The notes under the pieces: model-generated | The model's database searches: none | Seen by the model: only the letters and a program-made list of their open reading frames with translations | Told to the model about the DNA's origin: nothing | Position numbers and translations under genes: made by a program | Source of the DNA: Candidatus Velthaea sp. | Lineage (GTDB): Bacteria; Vulcanimicrobiota; Vulcanimicrobiia; Vulcanimicrobiales; Vulcanimicrobiaceae | Length of the DNA: 64,000 nucleotides | NCBI GenBank assembly: GCA_965214935.1 | Contig: CBDCCS010000022.1 | Coordinates: 576,001 to 640,000, forward strand | Direction of reading: 5' to 3' | Shown here: positions 49,541 to 58,853 of the stretch, piece after piece | Layout of the letters: each line of letters begins with the position of its first letter | Position numbering within the stretch: the stretch's first letter is position 1

Positions 49541-50911
49541 TTACGGCGCGGCGTAATGCGCTTCGTCGCCGTACGGGACGAAGAGCGTATGTTCTTGCAG
49601 AAAACGTAAACGAACCGTTCCGACTTTGCCGTTGCGATGCTTGGCAATAATGAATTCGGTCAAATCCGGATCCGGCGTCGTCTCGCGATTATAGTAGGCA
49701 TCGCGGTACAGAAACGTCACCAGATCCGCTTCTTGTTCGATCGCTCCGCTGTCACGCAGATCGGCGAGCATCGGCCGCTTATCTTGACGCGCTTCAACGC
49801 CGCGATTGAGTTGCGCGAGCGCAATGATCGGTACGCCTAAGTCTTTGGCCGTCGCTTTGAGCGTGCGGCAGATTTCCGACAATTCCTCATTACGATTGAC
49901 GTTGCGCCCGAGGGTTCCGGGCCGTACGAGCTGGAGATAATCGATGAAGACCGCCGCGAGTCCGACGCTCGATTTCAACCGGCGGCAGCGACTGCGTATC
50001 TCCGTTACCGTTACCGAACCGGAATCATCAAGATAGATCGGCAAGTCGTGCAGATCGCCCATCGCACGTCCGATGACTTCCCATTCGCTCTCTTTGATGT
50101 TGCCGCGGCGCAGCTTCGATGCATCGAGGCGGCCTTCCGATGAAATGAAGCGCTCGACGAGCTCTTGCTTCGTCATTTCAAGTGAAAAAAAGGCAACGGG
50201 CTGGCGTTCGTCTTTTGCCGCCGCGACCGCCATGTTGAGCGCCATCGATGTTTTGCCCATCGCCGGACGCGCGGCGACGATGACTAAGTTGCCCGGCTGC
50301 CAGCCCGCGGTGTATTCGTCGACATCGTGAAAGCCGCTGGTGACGCCCGTGCGATCGCCTTTATGCTCGAACCGGCGTTCGAGGTCTTGAAAAACGCCGA
50401 GCAGTAAATCTCCGACCGGAGCAAAGTTCTTTTTCGTGCCGCGATTCGTTACGTCGTAAACGATCTGTTCGCTCGAATCCATCGCTGCCGGAACATCTTC
50501 TTCCGCCTCGTAACCGAGCTTCGTAATTTGCGTGCCGGCATGAATCAAACCGCGTAACGCCGACTTCTCGCGAACGATTTTGGCGTAATACTCAGCGGAC
50601 GCCGCCGTTGCCACGGTGTCCATGAGCGATGAAAGATACGCGATTCCACCGATCTTGTCGAGCATTCCGCGTAAACGCAACTCGTTTGATACTGTTATCT
50701 TATCGAGCGGCTCACCGCGGTCGTTGAGTGCGGTGAGCGCGATGAAAATCGTCTCGTGAAGGCTGGCGTAGAAATCCTCATGCCGCACGATCTCGCTGAC
50801 GGTCGCCATCATCTCTTTGTCGACCAGAACCGAACCGAGCAGCGCCATCTCCGCCTCGAGGTTATTCGGCGGTATCCGGTCGATGACCGAAAGATATTGC
50901 GGTGCGTTCAC
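49541..50911 (-). CDS. dnaB: Replicative DNA helicase
   Basis: AARPAMGKT, FSLEM, IDYLQL, AQLNR, DLRDSGAIEQEAD, KHRNG; no intein. Confidence 0.98.
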   Translation of the reverse strand: MNAPQYLSVIDRIPPNNLEAEMALLGSVLVDKEMMATVSEIVRHEDFYASLHETIFIALTALNDRGEPLDKITVSNELRLRGMLDKIGGIAYLSSLMDTVATAASAEYYAKIVREKSALRGLIHAGTQITKLGYEAEEDVPAAMDSSEQIVYDVTNRGTKKNFAPVGDLLLGVFQDLERRFEHKGDRTGVTSGFHDVDEYTAGWQPGNLVIVAARPAMGKTSMALNMAVAAAKDERQPVAFFSLEMTKQELVERFISSEGRLDASKLRRGNIKESEWEVIGRAMGDLHDLPIYLDDSGSVTVTEIRSRCRRLKSSVGLAAVFIDYLQLVRPGTLGRNVNRNEELSEICRTLKATAKDLGVPIIALAQLNRGVEARQDKRPMLADLRDSGAIEQEADLVTFLYRDAYYNRETTPDPDLTEFIIAKHRNGKVGTVRLRFLQEHTLFVPYGDEAHYAAP

Positions 50912-52857
50912 CGCGCGGTCTTTCGGGCCCGTGCGAACGGGGGCAACGGAACGCGAACGCCGCAGGCTACGAGCGCTTCTGCGACGGTTGCAACCGGCAC
51001 CACCGTTATACCATCGGGCATGGCTTCGATCTCACGCGCGTTTTCTTTCGGTATGACCATCACGCGCATCCCTGCCTGGCGCGCGGCGTACAACTTCTCG
51101 ACCACGCCGCCGATCGCTCGAACGTTACCGGCAATGGAAACCTCACCCGTCACGGCGATATCCTGCGGCAACGGCAATTTGAGAAGCGCAGAATAAAGCG
51201 CAAGGAAAAACGCTAAACCGGCCGACGGTCCGTCGATGTTGCCTCCGCCCACGACATTGATATGCAAATCGAAGTCGGCCGGATCGACGCCGGCGAACGC
51301 GCGCACCACGGCTGTCGCATTGAAGACCGAATCGCGCGACATCGAACCGGCCGTATCGTTGAATCGCACGGCACCTTTGCGCGATTCATGCGCCGGAAAC
51401 GCCGCGGCTTCGATCTCAATGATCGAACCGACATAGTGCACGACACCCAAACCATGCATCTTGCCCAGTTCTTTGCCGCGCCGCGCACGCGCAAGCGTAT
51501 GCTGCGCTAAACGGCCGGCTTGCACGACTTCGAGTACGTCTTCATCGCGCACCATCACACTGCGTGTTTTCGATCCATGTCGATATAATGCATGGCCGTG
51601 CGCGTCGGCTAGAATCTGTACCGCTTTGCGACCTTCGATCGTATACGATGCGATGAGCGCCGGCACGGACTTAAAAATCTTTGTACCGAGCCGTACGGCA
51701 GCTTCCTCAACGATGCGCACGACTTGAGCTTGCGTCAACGGCTCGAAGTAGACAGCCGCGCAGCGCGAACGGATCGCCGCGTCGATCGCTTCCGGATCGC
51801 GCGTCGTCGCGCCGATCAGAATGAAGTCGGCCGGCGCGCCTTGCGCAAACAGCTTTTTGACATACGCCGGGACACCCGGGTCGTGCTCGTCATAATACGA
51901 CGACTCGAAGGTCACGCGCTTATCTTCGAGCACCTTGAGCAGCTTGGTTTGCATGGTCGGATCCATCTCGCCGATCTCGTCGATGAACAAGACGCCGCCG
52001 TGCGCGCGTGTAACGAGGCCGAGCTTCGGTTCCGGGATGCCGCCCTCGGCGAACTCGCGTCGCGAACCTTGATAGATCGGATCGTGCACGCTACCCAATA
52101 GCGGATTCGTGGTTTCACGATGATCGTAACGCAGCGTCGTGCCGCTGGCTTCAACGAACGGAGCTTCTTGCGCGAACGGGGAGTGCGGCCGCGCTTTCGC
52201 CAGTTCAAGTGCGAGCCGCGCTACCGTCGTTTTTCCAACGCCGGGCGGCCCATAGAGAATGACGTGTTGCGGATAGGGTGACGCCATTTTTGCCAGCAGT
52301 GCGCGAATCGCAGGTTCTTGACCGACGATCTCATTAAGGTTGCGCGGCCGCAGCACGTCGAGTGCAGCGGTGTCGAGTCTGCGCGCGTCGAGTGCGCGCA
52401 GATCTTCAAGCTTCCGCTGCGTCGCGGGCGTTTCAGGGCCGGCCTCTTCGCGCAATGCCTCGAGCTTCAAATCGCGCAGATACTCTTGATGCCGAACCAG
52501 CATCTTAGCGTTTATTTTGCGTTCGAGATTCTCTTCGACATTGCGCTGTGCTACGAGGTCCGCTAAAGCATCTTCGATCTCACCGATGATCTTTCGATAT
52601 TGCGGCTTGGCCGGCAGCTTTTCAATCGTCGGATCCTCGAACACCAAGCGTTGCAAGGCTAAGAGCCGGTCGGGTAGGGTGGCCGAACGCATCTGCCGTA
52701 ACGTGCCGAGCTTACCGGCGCGCAAGACGACTTTCTCCGAGCCGAGCGCCGCCGAAAGGACTTCGTAGAGGGCCGCTACCTCGCGGCGCAGTCCTTCATC
52801 ACCGCCGTATTTGCGACGGAAGCGACCGACATGCGGATTCTCTTCCGGCGCTGCCAC
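50908..52857 (-). CDS. lonC: Lon-family ATP-dependent protease (LonC type)
   Basis: GPPGVGKTT, NPLLGSVHDPIYQG, LFIDEIGE, IDGPSAG (Ser), EKLYAA (Lys). Confidence 0.92.
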   Translation of the reverse strand: MAAPEENPHVGRFRRKYGGDEGLRREVAALYEVLSAALGSEKVVLRAGKLGTLRQMRSATLPDRLLALQRLVFEDPTIEKLPAKPQYRKIIGEIEDALADLVAQRNVEENLERKINAKMLVRHQEYLRDLKLEALREEAGPETPATQRKLEDLRALDARRLDTAALDVLRPRNLNEIVGQEPAIRALLAKMASPYPQHVILYGPPGVGKTTVARLALELAKARPHSPFAQEAPFVEASGTTLRYDHRETTNPLLGSVHDPIYQGSRREFAEGGIPEPKLGLVTRAHGGVLFIDEIGEMDPTMQTKLLKVLEDKRVTFESSYYDEHDPGVPAYVKKLFAQGAPADFILIGATTRDPEAIDAAIRSRCAAVYFEPLTQAQVVRIVEEAAVRLGTKIFKSVPALIASYTIEGRKAVQILADAHGHALYRHGSKTRSVMVRDEDVLEVVQAGRLAQHTLARARRGKELGKMHGLGVVHYVGSIIEIEAAAFPAHESRKGAVRFNDTAGSMSRDSVFNATAVVRAFAGVDPADFDLHINVVGGGNIDGPSAGLAFFLALYSALLKLPLPQDIAVTGEVSIAGNVRAIGGVVEKLYAARQAGMRVMVIPKENAREIEAMPDGITVVPVATVAEALVACGVRVPLPPFARARKTAR

Positions 52858-52858
52858 G

Positions 52859-53308
52859 TTAGCTTTGGTTGACCACCTGAATCGACGTTTTCGCGATGAT
52901 GTTGTTGCCTAAGCGAACTTGAACGGGATACGTACCGAGCGCTTTGATGCCGTCCTTCATTTCGATCTTGTGCCGATCGATCGTCACGTTCAGCTGGGCG
53001 GCAATGGCATCGGAGACCTGAGCGTTGGTAACCGTTCCGAACAAGCGTCCGTTGCCGCCCGCCTTGGCCGATACTTTCAACACGAGTGCTTCGAGTTGCT
53101 CGGCGACTTCGCGTGCGTTCGCTACTTCTTCGGCTTGGCGCCGCTGCTTGGCGCGATTCTGCTGTTCGAGCATCTTGAGTGCGCCGCCCGATGCTTCGGC
53201 TGCAAGATCGCGCGGAAACAAATAATTGTTGGCATAGCCGTCGGCGACATTGACGACCGTACCGCGCTTACCGAGCGTCGCGATATCGTCGAGTAAAATA
53301 ACTTTCAT
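52859..53308 (-). CDS. rplI: 50S ribosomal protein L9
   Basis: MKVILLDD..LGKRG..V.VADGYANNYL, GRLFGTVT. Confidence 0.98.
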   Translation of the reverse strand: MKVILLDDIATLGKRGTVVNVADGYANNYLFPRDLAAEASGGALKMLEQQNRAKQRRQAEEVANAREVAEQLEALVLKVSAKAGGNGRLFGTVTNAQVSDAIAAQLNVTIDRHKIEMKDGIKALGTYPVQVRLGNNIIAKTSIQVVNQS

Positions 53309-53323
53309 GATCGGATGCCTTCC

Positions 53324-53578
53324 TTAGTCGGACGCAAACGGAAGGAACGCGATAATGCGTGCACGTTTCACGGCGACCGTCAAACCGCGCTGATGGCTCG
53401 CGCAGTTGCCCGAGATGCGGCGGGGCAGAATCTTCCCGCGCTCGCTAATGTATTTACGTAATCGCGTCGCATCTTTGTAGTTGATATCGGGCAGCTTGTC
53501 AGCGCAAAAATTACAGACTTTACGCTTCGGGCGCCGCTCTTTTTTCGCAGCTCCGACGCGCTTTTTGGTAACCGGCAT
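53324..53578 (-). CDS. rpsR: 30S ribosomal protein S18 (Zn-binding C+ form)
   Basis: [32 protein letters not shown]; start at ATG 53578. Confidence 0.98.
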   Translation of the reverse strand: MPVTKKRVGAAKKERRPKRKVCNFCADKLPDINYKDATRLRKYISERGKILPRRISGNCASHQRGLTVAVKRARIIAFLPFASD

Positions 53579-53753
53579 ATACTCTCTTTCATGTAGGTGG
53601 GTAACGGGCACGAGTGGTGCCCCTACACACGTCCGTTTTACCGGACGACCGCCGAAAAGGGCGGATACTGGCCGCATGACTGAGCCCCGGTAAAAAGCCG
53701 GGGCCCCGCTGTGGCACGCACACCAGTATACCGCTTCCGGAGTCCGCTGACTA
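53579..53753 (-). promoter_or_regulatory. rpsR promoter and structured ~140-nt 5' leader
   Basis: TAGTCA(53753-53748)-17-TATACT(53730-53725), followed by four hairpins. Confidence 0.65.
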
Positions 53754-53815
53754 GCCCGAATCGGCCGGGGCAAAGCGGGGGCGGAGTTTACGCGTCGCCC
53801 GCGCACGTTGAAGCG

Positions 53816-54505
53816 ATGCTCACTGCACTGCACATCGTTGCCGGCGCCGTCGTCTTAATCGTGGCGCCCGCGGCGCTCGCCGTTCGGAAAGGCGGTCGCT
53901 GGCACCGGCGCTGGGGCCGGGCGTTCATGGCCGCGATGAGCCTGGTGCTCTTCACCTCCGGCTTCATGTGGCAGCCCAAAGGCCATTTGTTTCTGTTGGC
54001 CTTGGCCATCGTCAGCGGCTACTTCGTCTTCAACGGTTACCGGATCGTGGCCCGGCAACGGCGTAAACGTGCCGATACGCTGGACGACGGGATCGACATT
54101 GCATCGGCCGGCGCGACCTGCGCCTGCGGTCTGTGGCTGCTCTTTATCGCGATTACGCCGGCTACGCCGCTCATGCGCCAGCTTCAACCGATCACCGCCG
54201 GACTCGGCGTCGTTGCGATCGCGTTTGCCGCGAACGATGCGCGCGGCATCTTCGGCGTGCGCTCGCGTTCCGGTTGGCTCATCGCGCACTTCAGCGCAAT
54301 GATCGCCGCTTACATTTCGGCCGTTACCGCCTTCGTGGTGATCAACGCCCACGGCGTTCCGATGGAACTGCGCTGGATCGTGCCGATCGCCGTCGGAGCC
54401 GTCGTGATCAGCGCCTACTCGTTGCCGTACCGGCTGCCCAAAATCATCAACGCGATCGGAGCCGTTGCGCGACCGAAGCGGAACGCGTCTCCGGGTGCAC
54501 GGTAG
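53816..54505 (+). CDS. DUF2306-like membrane protein
   Basis: [38 protein letters not shown]; about 6-7 TM segments. Confidence 0.8.
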   Translation: MLTALHIVAGAVVLIVAPAALAVRKGGRWHRRWGRAFMAAMSLVLFTSGFMWQPKGHLFLLALAIVSGYFVFNGYRIVARQRRKRADTLDDGIDIASAGATCACGLWLLFIAITPATPLMRQLQPITAGLGVVAIAFAANDARGIFGVRSRSGWLIAHFSAMIAAYISAVTAFVVINAHGVPMELRWIVPIAVGAVVISAYSLPYRLPKIINAIGAVARPKRNASPGAR

Positions 54506-54534
54506 ACGACGGGCAGGCGCAGAACAGGGCAGGC

Positions 54535-55980
54535 GTGCTCCCTCGCATTGCGCTCGCGGGCGTGAACGTGCGGCTCGGCGGCCGCCACGTGCTGCACGAC
54601 ATCGGCTGGTCGCTCGGCGAAGGTCAGCATTGGGCGATCGTCGGAGCGAACGGATCGGGTAAGAGCACGCTGTTGCGGACGATCGCCGCGCTGGGCTGGA
54701 TTGAAGCCGACGGCGGTACGCGCAGATTTTCCGCCGACGGCGTTACGCTCGACGCTACGGCGCGCGCCAGAACTTGGATCCGGCATGTTTCGGCCGAACA
54801 GCACGAGCGCTATGCGCGCCTCGATCTCGGCCTTTGCGGCCGAGACGTCGTCGAAAGCGGCTTTACCGACGGACTTTACGTCGAGCGCACGTCGGCTAGC
54901 CGGCGCGCGGCTTCCGAGTCGCTCATCGAGCGACTCGGGCTTCGTGAGATCGCGCTGCGCGCCGTTCGCGAACTTTCATCCGGCCAGCTTCGGCGACTGT
55001 TGATCGCGCGCGCGCTCGTGGGCAACCCGCGAGTACTCGTACTTGACGAATGCACCAACGGCCTCGACGGCGCAGCACGCCACGACGTCATCACGCTGCT
55101 CGATCGCATCGCGCCTCACGTCGCACTCATTATCGCATCGCACCGGCTCAGTGACTTCCCGGCGGCGATAACACATTGCGCACAACTCGTCGAGGGCCGC
55201 ATCGCCCGAACTCAACGCGGCGGCCCCGCTGCCGATCTGCTCGCAACGGAGCCGCCGAGGCAAGGCAGTTCGACGCCGGCATCGGGCGCCGGAACGCTGC
55301 TCATCGACATTCGCAACGCGGATGTCTATCGTGGCGAACGGCTGGTCCTCGCCGGTATCGATTGGCAGCTCCGACGCGGGGAACACACGATCGTTCGCGG
55401 CGCGAACGGCGCCGGTAAAAGTACCTTTGCCGGATTGATTGCCGGAACCATCTCTGCGGCCACCGGAGCAGATATCGTGCGCTTCGGCCGGCGTGGCCCG
55501 TTCGATATCCGGATGCTCAAGCAGCGGATCGCGCACGTGTCGGACGATCTGCAAATCGCCTACACGTGGAGTGACAGCGTCGAAGACGTCGTGGCGTCGG
55601 GGTATGCCTCGAGCATCGGACTTATCGCCCGACCGTCGGCGGTCCAACGTCAGGCCGTCGACAGACTTCTGGGAGACCTGCGCCTGGACGGGTTGCGCAC
55701 ACGCGATTTTACGACGCTCTCGTACGGCGAACGGCGGAAGATTCTCATTGCACGCAGCATCGTCCGGGAGCCCGATATCTTTTTGCTCGACGAAGTCTGG
55801 AACGGACTCGATTCAGCTTTTCGGAAACTGCTGCTCGAATTGCTGACGCGGCTAGCGGGCCGCGGCACGACGATTGTGACGATCGCCCATGAGGCGACTG
55901 ACGATCTGCCGTTCGCCCGGCGCGCCTACACGCTTGCAGCCGGAAAACTGAGCGAAGAGCGGTTAGAGGCCGGCGTCTGA
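54535..55980 (+). CDS. Dual-NBD ABC ATPase, ModF-like
   Basis: HWAIVGANGSGKST, LSSGQ, LDE; GANGAGKST, LSYGE, LDE. Start uncertain. Confidence 0.85.
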   Translation: MLPRIALAGVNVRLGGRHVLHDIGWSLGEGQHWAIVGANGSGKSTLLRTIAALGWIEADGGTRRFSADGVTLDATARARTWIRHVSAEQHERYARLDLGLCGRDVVESGFTDGLYVERTSASRRAASESLIERLGLREIALRAVRELSSGQLRRLLIARALVGNPRVLVLDECTNGLDGAARHDVITLLDRIAPHVALIIASHRLSDFPAAITHCAQLVEGRIARTQRGGPAADLLATEPPRQGSSTPASGAGTLLIDIRNADVYRGERLVLAGIDWQLRRGEHTIVRGANGAGKSTFAGLIAGTISAATGADIVRFGRRGPFDIRMLKQRIAHVSDDLQIAYTWSDSVEDVVASGYASSIGLIARPSAVQRQAVDRLLGDLRLDGLRTRDFTTLSYGERRKILIARSIVREPDIFLLDEVWNGLDSAFRKLLLELLTRLAGRGTTIVTIAHEATDDLPFARRAYTLAAGKLSEERLEAGV

Positions 55981-56059
55981 GCGAACGTCGGTAAAGCGCT
56001 TGCGTCACAACCGAATGCCGGATATGCTTAGAGAACCTCTGGCCATTTGGTTAACGAGT

Positions 56060-56332
56060 ATGGAGCTTGAAATGACATTCGATCAATGGATCGACGAAGT
56101 AAATCTCGGCGTACGCGCGCGATTGGGCGACACCGTACGGACTGAAGAACTCTCGTGGGATTCGGCAATGTGGGTGAGTCCGGTCGGTACCGCCGTTGCA
56201 TCGGTCGCCGACGACGAGTCGACGGCGAAACTCTATTTCGACGAAGGCGATCGCTTCTCAGTCGACATTCGGCTGCCCGGCGCGGCGCCCGAACTCATTA
56301 GCGCGCTTATCGCGGGCCGGCTTGCACCGTAG
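56060..56332 (+). CDS. Hypothetical protein
   Basis: Acidic 90-aa ORF filling the gap; start uncertain. Confidence 0.6.
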   Translation: MELEMTFDQWIDEVNLGVRARLGDTVRTEELSWDSAMWVSPVGTAVASVADDESTAKLYFDEGDRFSVDIRLPGAAPELISALIAGRLAP

Positions 56333-56417
56333 CGACTGGACAAATGGCGAGCGGCTACCGTAGCCGCTGGCCTTGGGTCGGGCGCGTTCCGTTCGCCGCT
56401 CGCCGAACGCCGTGCGA

Positions 56418-56804
56418 ATGGAACGCGTACCGCCGGCGGCTTGGCTTTCTGAGGTCATCGAGCCGCTTAGCACCCGATTCGGCAGTCAGCTGACGATCGA
56501 CCGCGACGGCGATGTCGTGCGTTGGGGTTTCGCCGGACAATACACGGTCGTCGAGTTACTTCACGACGGCCGCCTCAACGCAACATTCCTCGACCGCGAA
56601 AGCGTGGAGGCCGTCTCGAAGCGCCCTGCCGCTGCGGCGTACCGAACGCACGTCGCGTATGCCCTCAACCGCGGCAGCTGCTCGCGAATGGTCGCCGACA
56701 TGTGTGATTTCTTTTCAGGTGTGCGCGAACCGAAATTTCGATTCATCGAGGCTTACGCGCGGTTGCCGGCGGCCGGGAACTTCCCCCTCTCCGGAACCTT
56801 CTGA
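56418..56804 (+). CDS. Hypothetical protein
   Basis: Protein-like ORF (WGFAGQYTVVE...DFFSGVREPKFRF); start uncertain. Confidence 0.6.
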   Translation: MERVPPAAWLSEVIEPLSTRFGSQLTIDRDGDVVRWGFAGQYTVVELLHDGRLNATFLDRESVEAVSKRPAAAAYRTHVAYALNRGSCSRMVADMCDFFSGVREPKFRFIEAYARLPAAGNFPLSGTF

Positions 56805-56897
56805 ACGCATCGGGCATCTGTTAAGGGCCATCATTGATGGTATGTCTTCGCCTCGCACGTCATCGGCGAAGATTTTGCCGATATCGGGGAGACGACA

Positions 56898-57101
56898 ATG
56901 GCCGACCTTAACACGCGTGAAACGCAGACCTGGCCCGAGCTTGCCGAAGGCCTCTACGGTTTTCTGACCGGCCGCGGGGCGACGATCGAATATCATTTCG
57001 ATCAGATGGAAATTAGCGTACCGAGTTCGACGCGCGACGGCGCAGCGCAAGCAAAGTGGAAACTCAACGGCGCGCTGAAAATTCGCACGACGGAAAAATG
57101 A
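56898..57101 (+). CDS. Small conserved-looking hypothetical protein (67 aa)
   Basis: GGGGAGA RBS; TWPELAEGLYGFLTGRGATIEY...VP...WKLNG. Confidence 0.8.
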   Translation: MADLNTRETQTWPELAEGLYGFLTGRGATIEYHFDQMEISVPSSTRDGAAQAKWKLNGALKIRTTEK

Positions 57102-57397
57102 TCGCCGTCGAGGCTGCGTTGATTGCCGAATCGGCTGGAATGCGCATGCGCATCGATAGTGCCGGCAACGTAATTCGTTGCCGGCTCGAGGGCGGCGTCG
57201 GTCACGCGCTGGGTGCCGCCAAACAGAGCTTGCAGATTCTCCGCATCTTGCGCATTGCCGTTCCGTTCCTGGTCCGCAGCGGACTGCGGCTCGACATCAT
57301 CGCCGGCGACGTGCGTGTCGTGCGAGCCGGCAGCGGCGTCAAGCAAAATGCGCTCGGGCGTCTTCTCGGTGTGCCCAGCGCGAAGATCGGCGGCTGA
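57098..57397 (+). CDS. Hypothetical protein
   Basis: ATGA overlap with the upstream gene; its stop abuts the next ATG. Confidence 0.65.
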   Translation: MIAVEAALIAESAGMRMRIDSAGNVIRCRLEGGVGHALGAAKQSLQILRILRIAVPFLVRSGLRLDIIAGDVRVVRAGSGVKQNALGRLLGVPSAKIGG

Positions 57398-58849
57398 ATG
57401 CGCGTACTCGTAACGGGCGCTACCGGCTACATCGGTGGCCGGCTCGTGCCGGTTCTCGTGAATGCCGGACACACCGTTCGATGTGTCGCGCGCGACCCGG
57501 CTCGGCTGACCGACCGCTTCGAGGGCGTCGAAGTCGTCCGCGGCGACGTCTTCGACGAAGCGTCGTTAACGGCAGCAATGCACGATGTCGACGTCGCTTA
57601 TTATCTCGTTCACTCGATGAGCGACGACCGGCATGACTTCACACGCAGCGACCGGCTCGCGGCCGAACGCTTCGGCAATGCCGCGCGCAATGCGGGCGTC
57701 GATCGCATCGTATTTCTCGGCGGACTAGGCGTCGATGAAGTCAAGCTGTCGCGCCATCTGCGCAGTCGCCATGAAGTCGGCGCCATTCTTCGTGCGAGCG
57801 GCGTGCCGGTGATCGAGTTTCGTGCCGCCATCATCGTCGGGTCGGGCAGCGTGTCGTTCGAGATGATTCGCTATCTGACCGAACGGCTGCCGTTGATGAT
57901 CGCACCACGCTGGGTGTCGACACTCTGTCAGCCGATCGGTATCCGCGATGTCATAGCGTATTTGCTCGGTGCTCTCACCTTACCCGACCGGGACGGCCGA
58001 ATCTTCGAGATCGGCGGCGCCGACGTGCTCTCGTATCGCGAAATCATGCTCGGCTATGCGGCAGCGCGCGGTCTATCGCGCAAGATTCTCGTCGTGCCGT
58101 TGTTCACGCCGCGCCTGTCATCGTATTGGATTCACCTTGTAACACCGATTCATGCATCGATCGCGCGTGCGCTTATCGACGGCATGCACAATGAGGTGAT
58201 CGTTCACGATCCGGCGGCGCGCAGCGCATTTCCATCGATCGTTCCGGTCGGGTATGCCGAAGCGCTCAAACGCGCTCTCGATCGCTACAAAACGACCGGT
58301 CCGCAAACGACATGGTTCGACGCTTTCGACGTGAAGACACTGCCCGGCGAATTTGCCGGACTCACGCAAGGTATGTTGATCGACCGCCGCGAGCGCAATG
58401 CGGACGCGCCGCCGCAACGCGTCTTCGCCGTTTTTTCGAGTTTAGGCGGCCAGCGCGGTTGGCTTTACGCCGACCGCCTATGGTATTTGCGCGGTATCCT
58501 CGACCGGCTCGTCGGCGGCATCGGCATTCGGCGTGGCCGCCGTTCGCCGACCGATTTGCGGGTCGGCGATGCGGTCGATTTCTGGCGTGTTGAGGCTTAC
58601 AAGCCGAACGAACTTTTGCGGCTACGCGCCGAGATGAAGCTGCCGGGATTAGCCTGGCTGCAATTCGAATCGCTGCAGCGAGAGGGCGGCGGAACAACGT
58701 TGCGCCAAACGGCTTTCTTCGAGCCGCGCGGTATTTTCGGCTACCTGTATTGGTTTAGCGTGCTGCCGTTCCACGAACTGATTTTCGGCAATATGGCGAA
58801 GCGCATCATCTATGAAGCCGGAGCGCCGGCGGCCGTCACGGCAGCCTAA
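57398..58849 (+). CDS. NAD(P)-binding SDR + DUF2867 domain protein (YbjT-like)
   Basis: VTGATGYIG, YYLVHSM, HLRSRHEV, GSGSVSFEM, DFWRVE, AEMKLPG.AWL. Confidence 0.92.
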   Translation: MRVLVTGATGYIGGRLVPVLVNAGHTVRCVARDPARLTDRFEGVEVVRGDVFDEASLTAAMHDVDVAYYLVHSMSDDRHDFTRSDRLAAERFGNAARNAGVDRIVFLGGLGVDEVKLSRHLRSRHEVGAILRASGVPVIEFRAAIIVGSGSVSFEMIRYLTERLPLMIAPRWVSTLCQPIGIRDVIAYLLGALTLPDRDGRIFEIGGADVLSYREIMLGYAAARGLSRKILVVPLFTPRLSSYWIHLVTPIHASIARALIDGMHNEVIVHDPAARSAFPSIVPVGYAEALKRALDRYKTTGPQTTWFDAFDVKTLPGEFAGLTQGMLIDRRERNADAPPQRVFAVFSSLGGQRGWLYADRLWYLRGILDRLVGGIGIRRGRRSPTDLRVGDAVDFWRVEAYKPNELLRLRAEMKLPGLAWLQFESLQREGGGTTLRQTAFFEPRGIFGYLYWFSVLPFHELIFGNMAKRIIYEAGAPAAVTAA

Positions 58850-58853
58850 GCCG

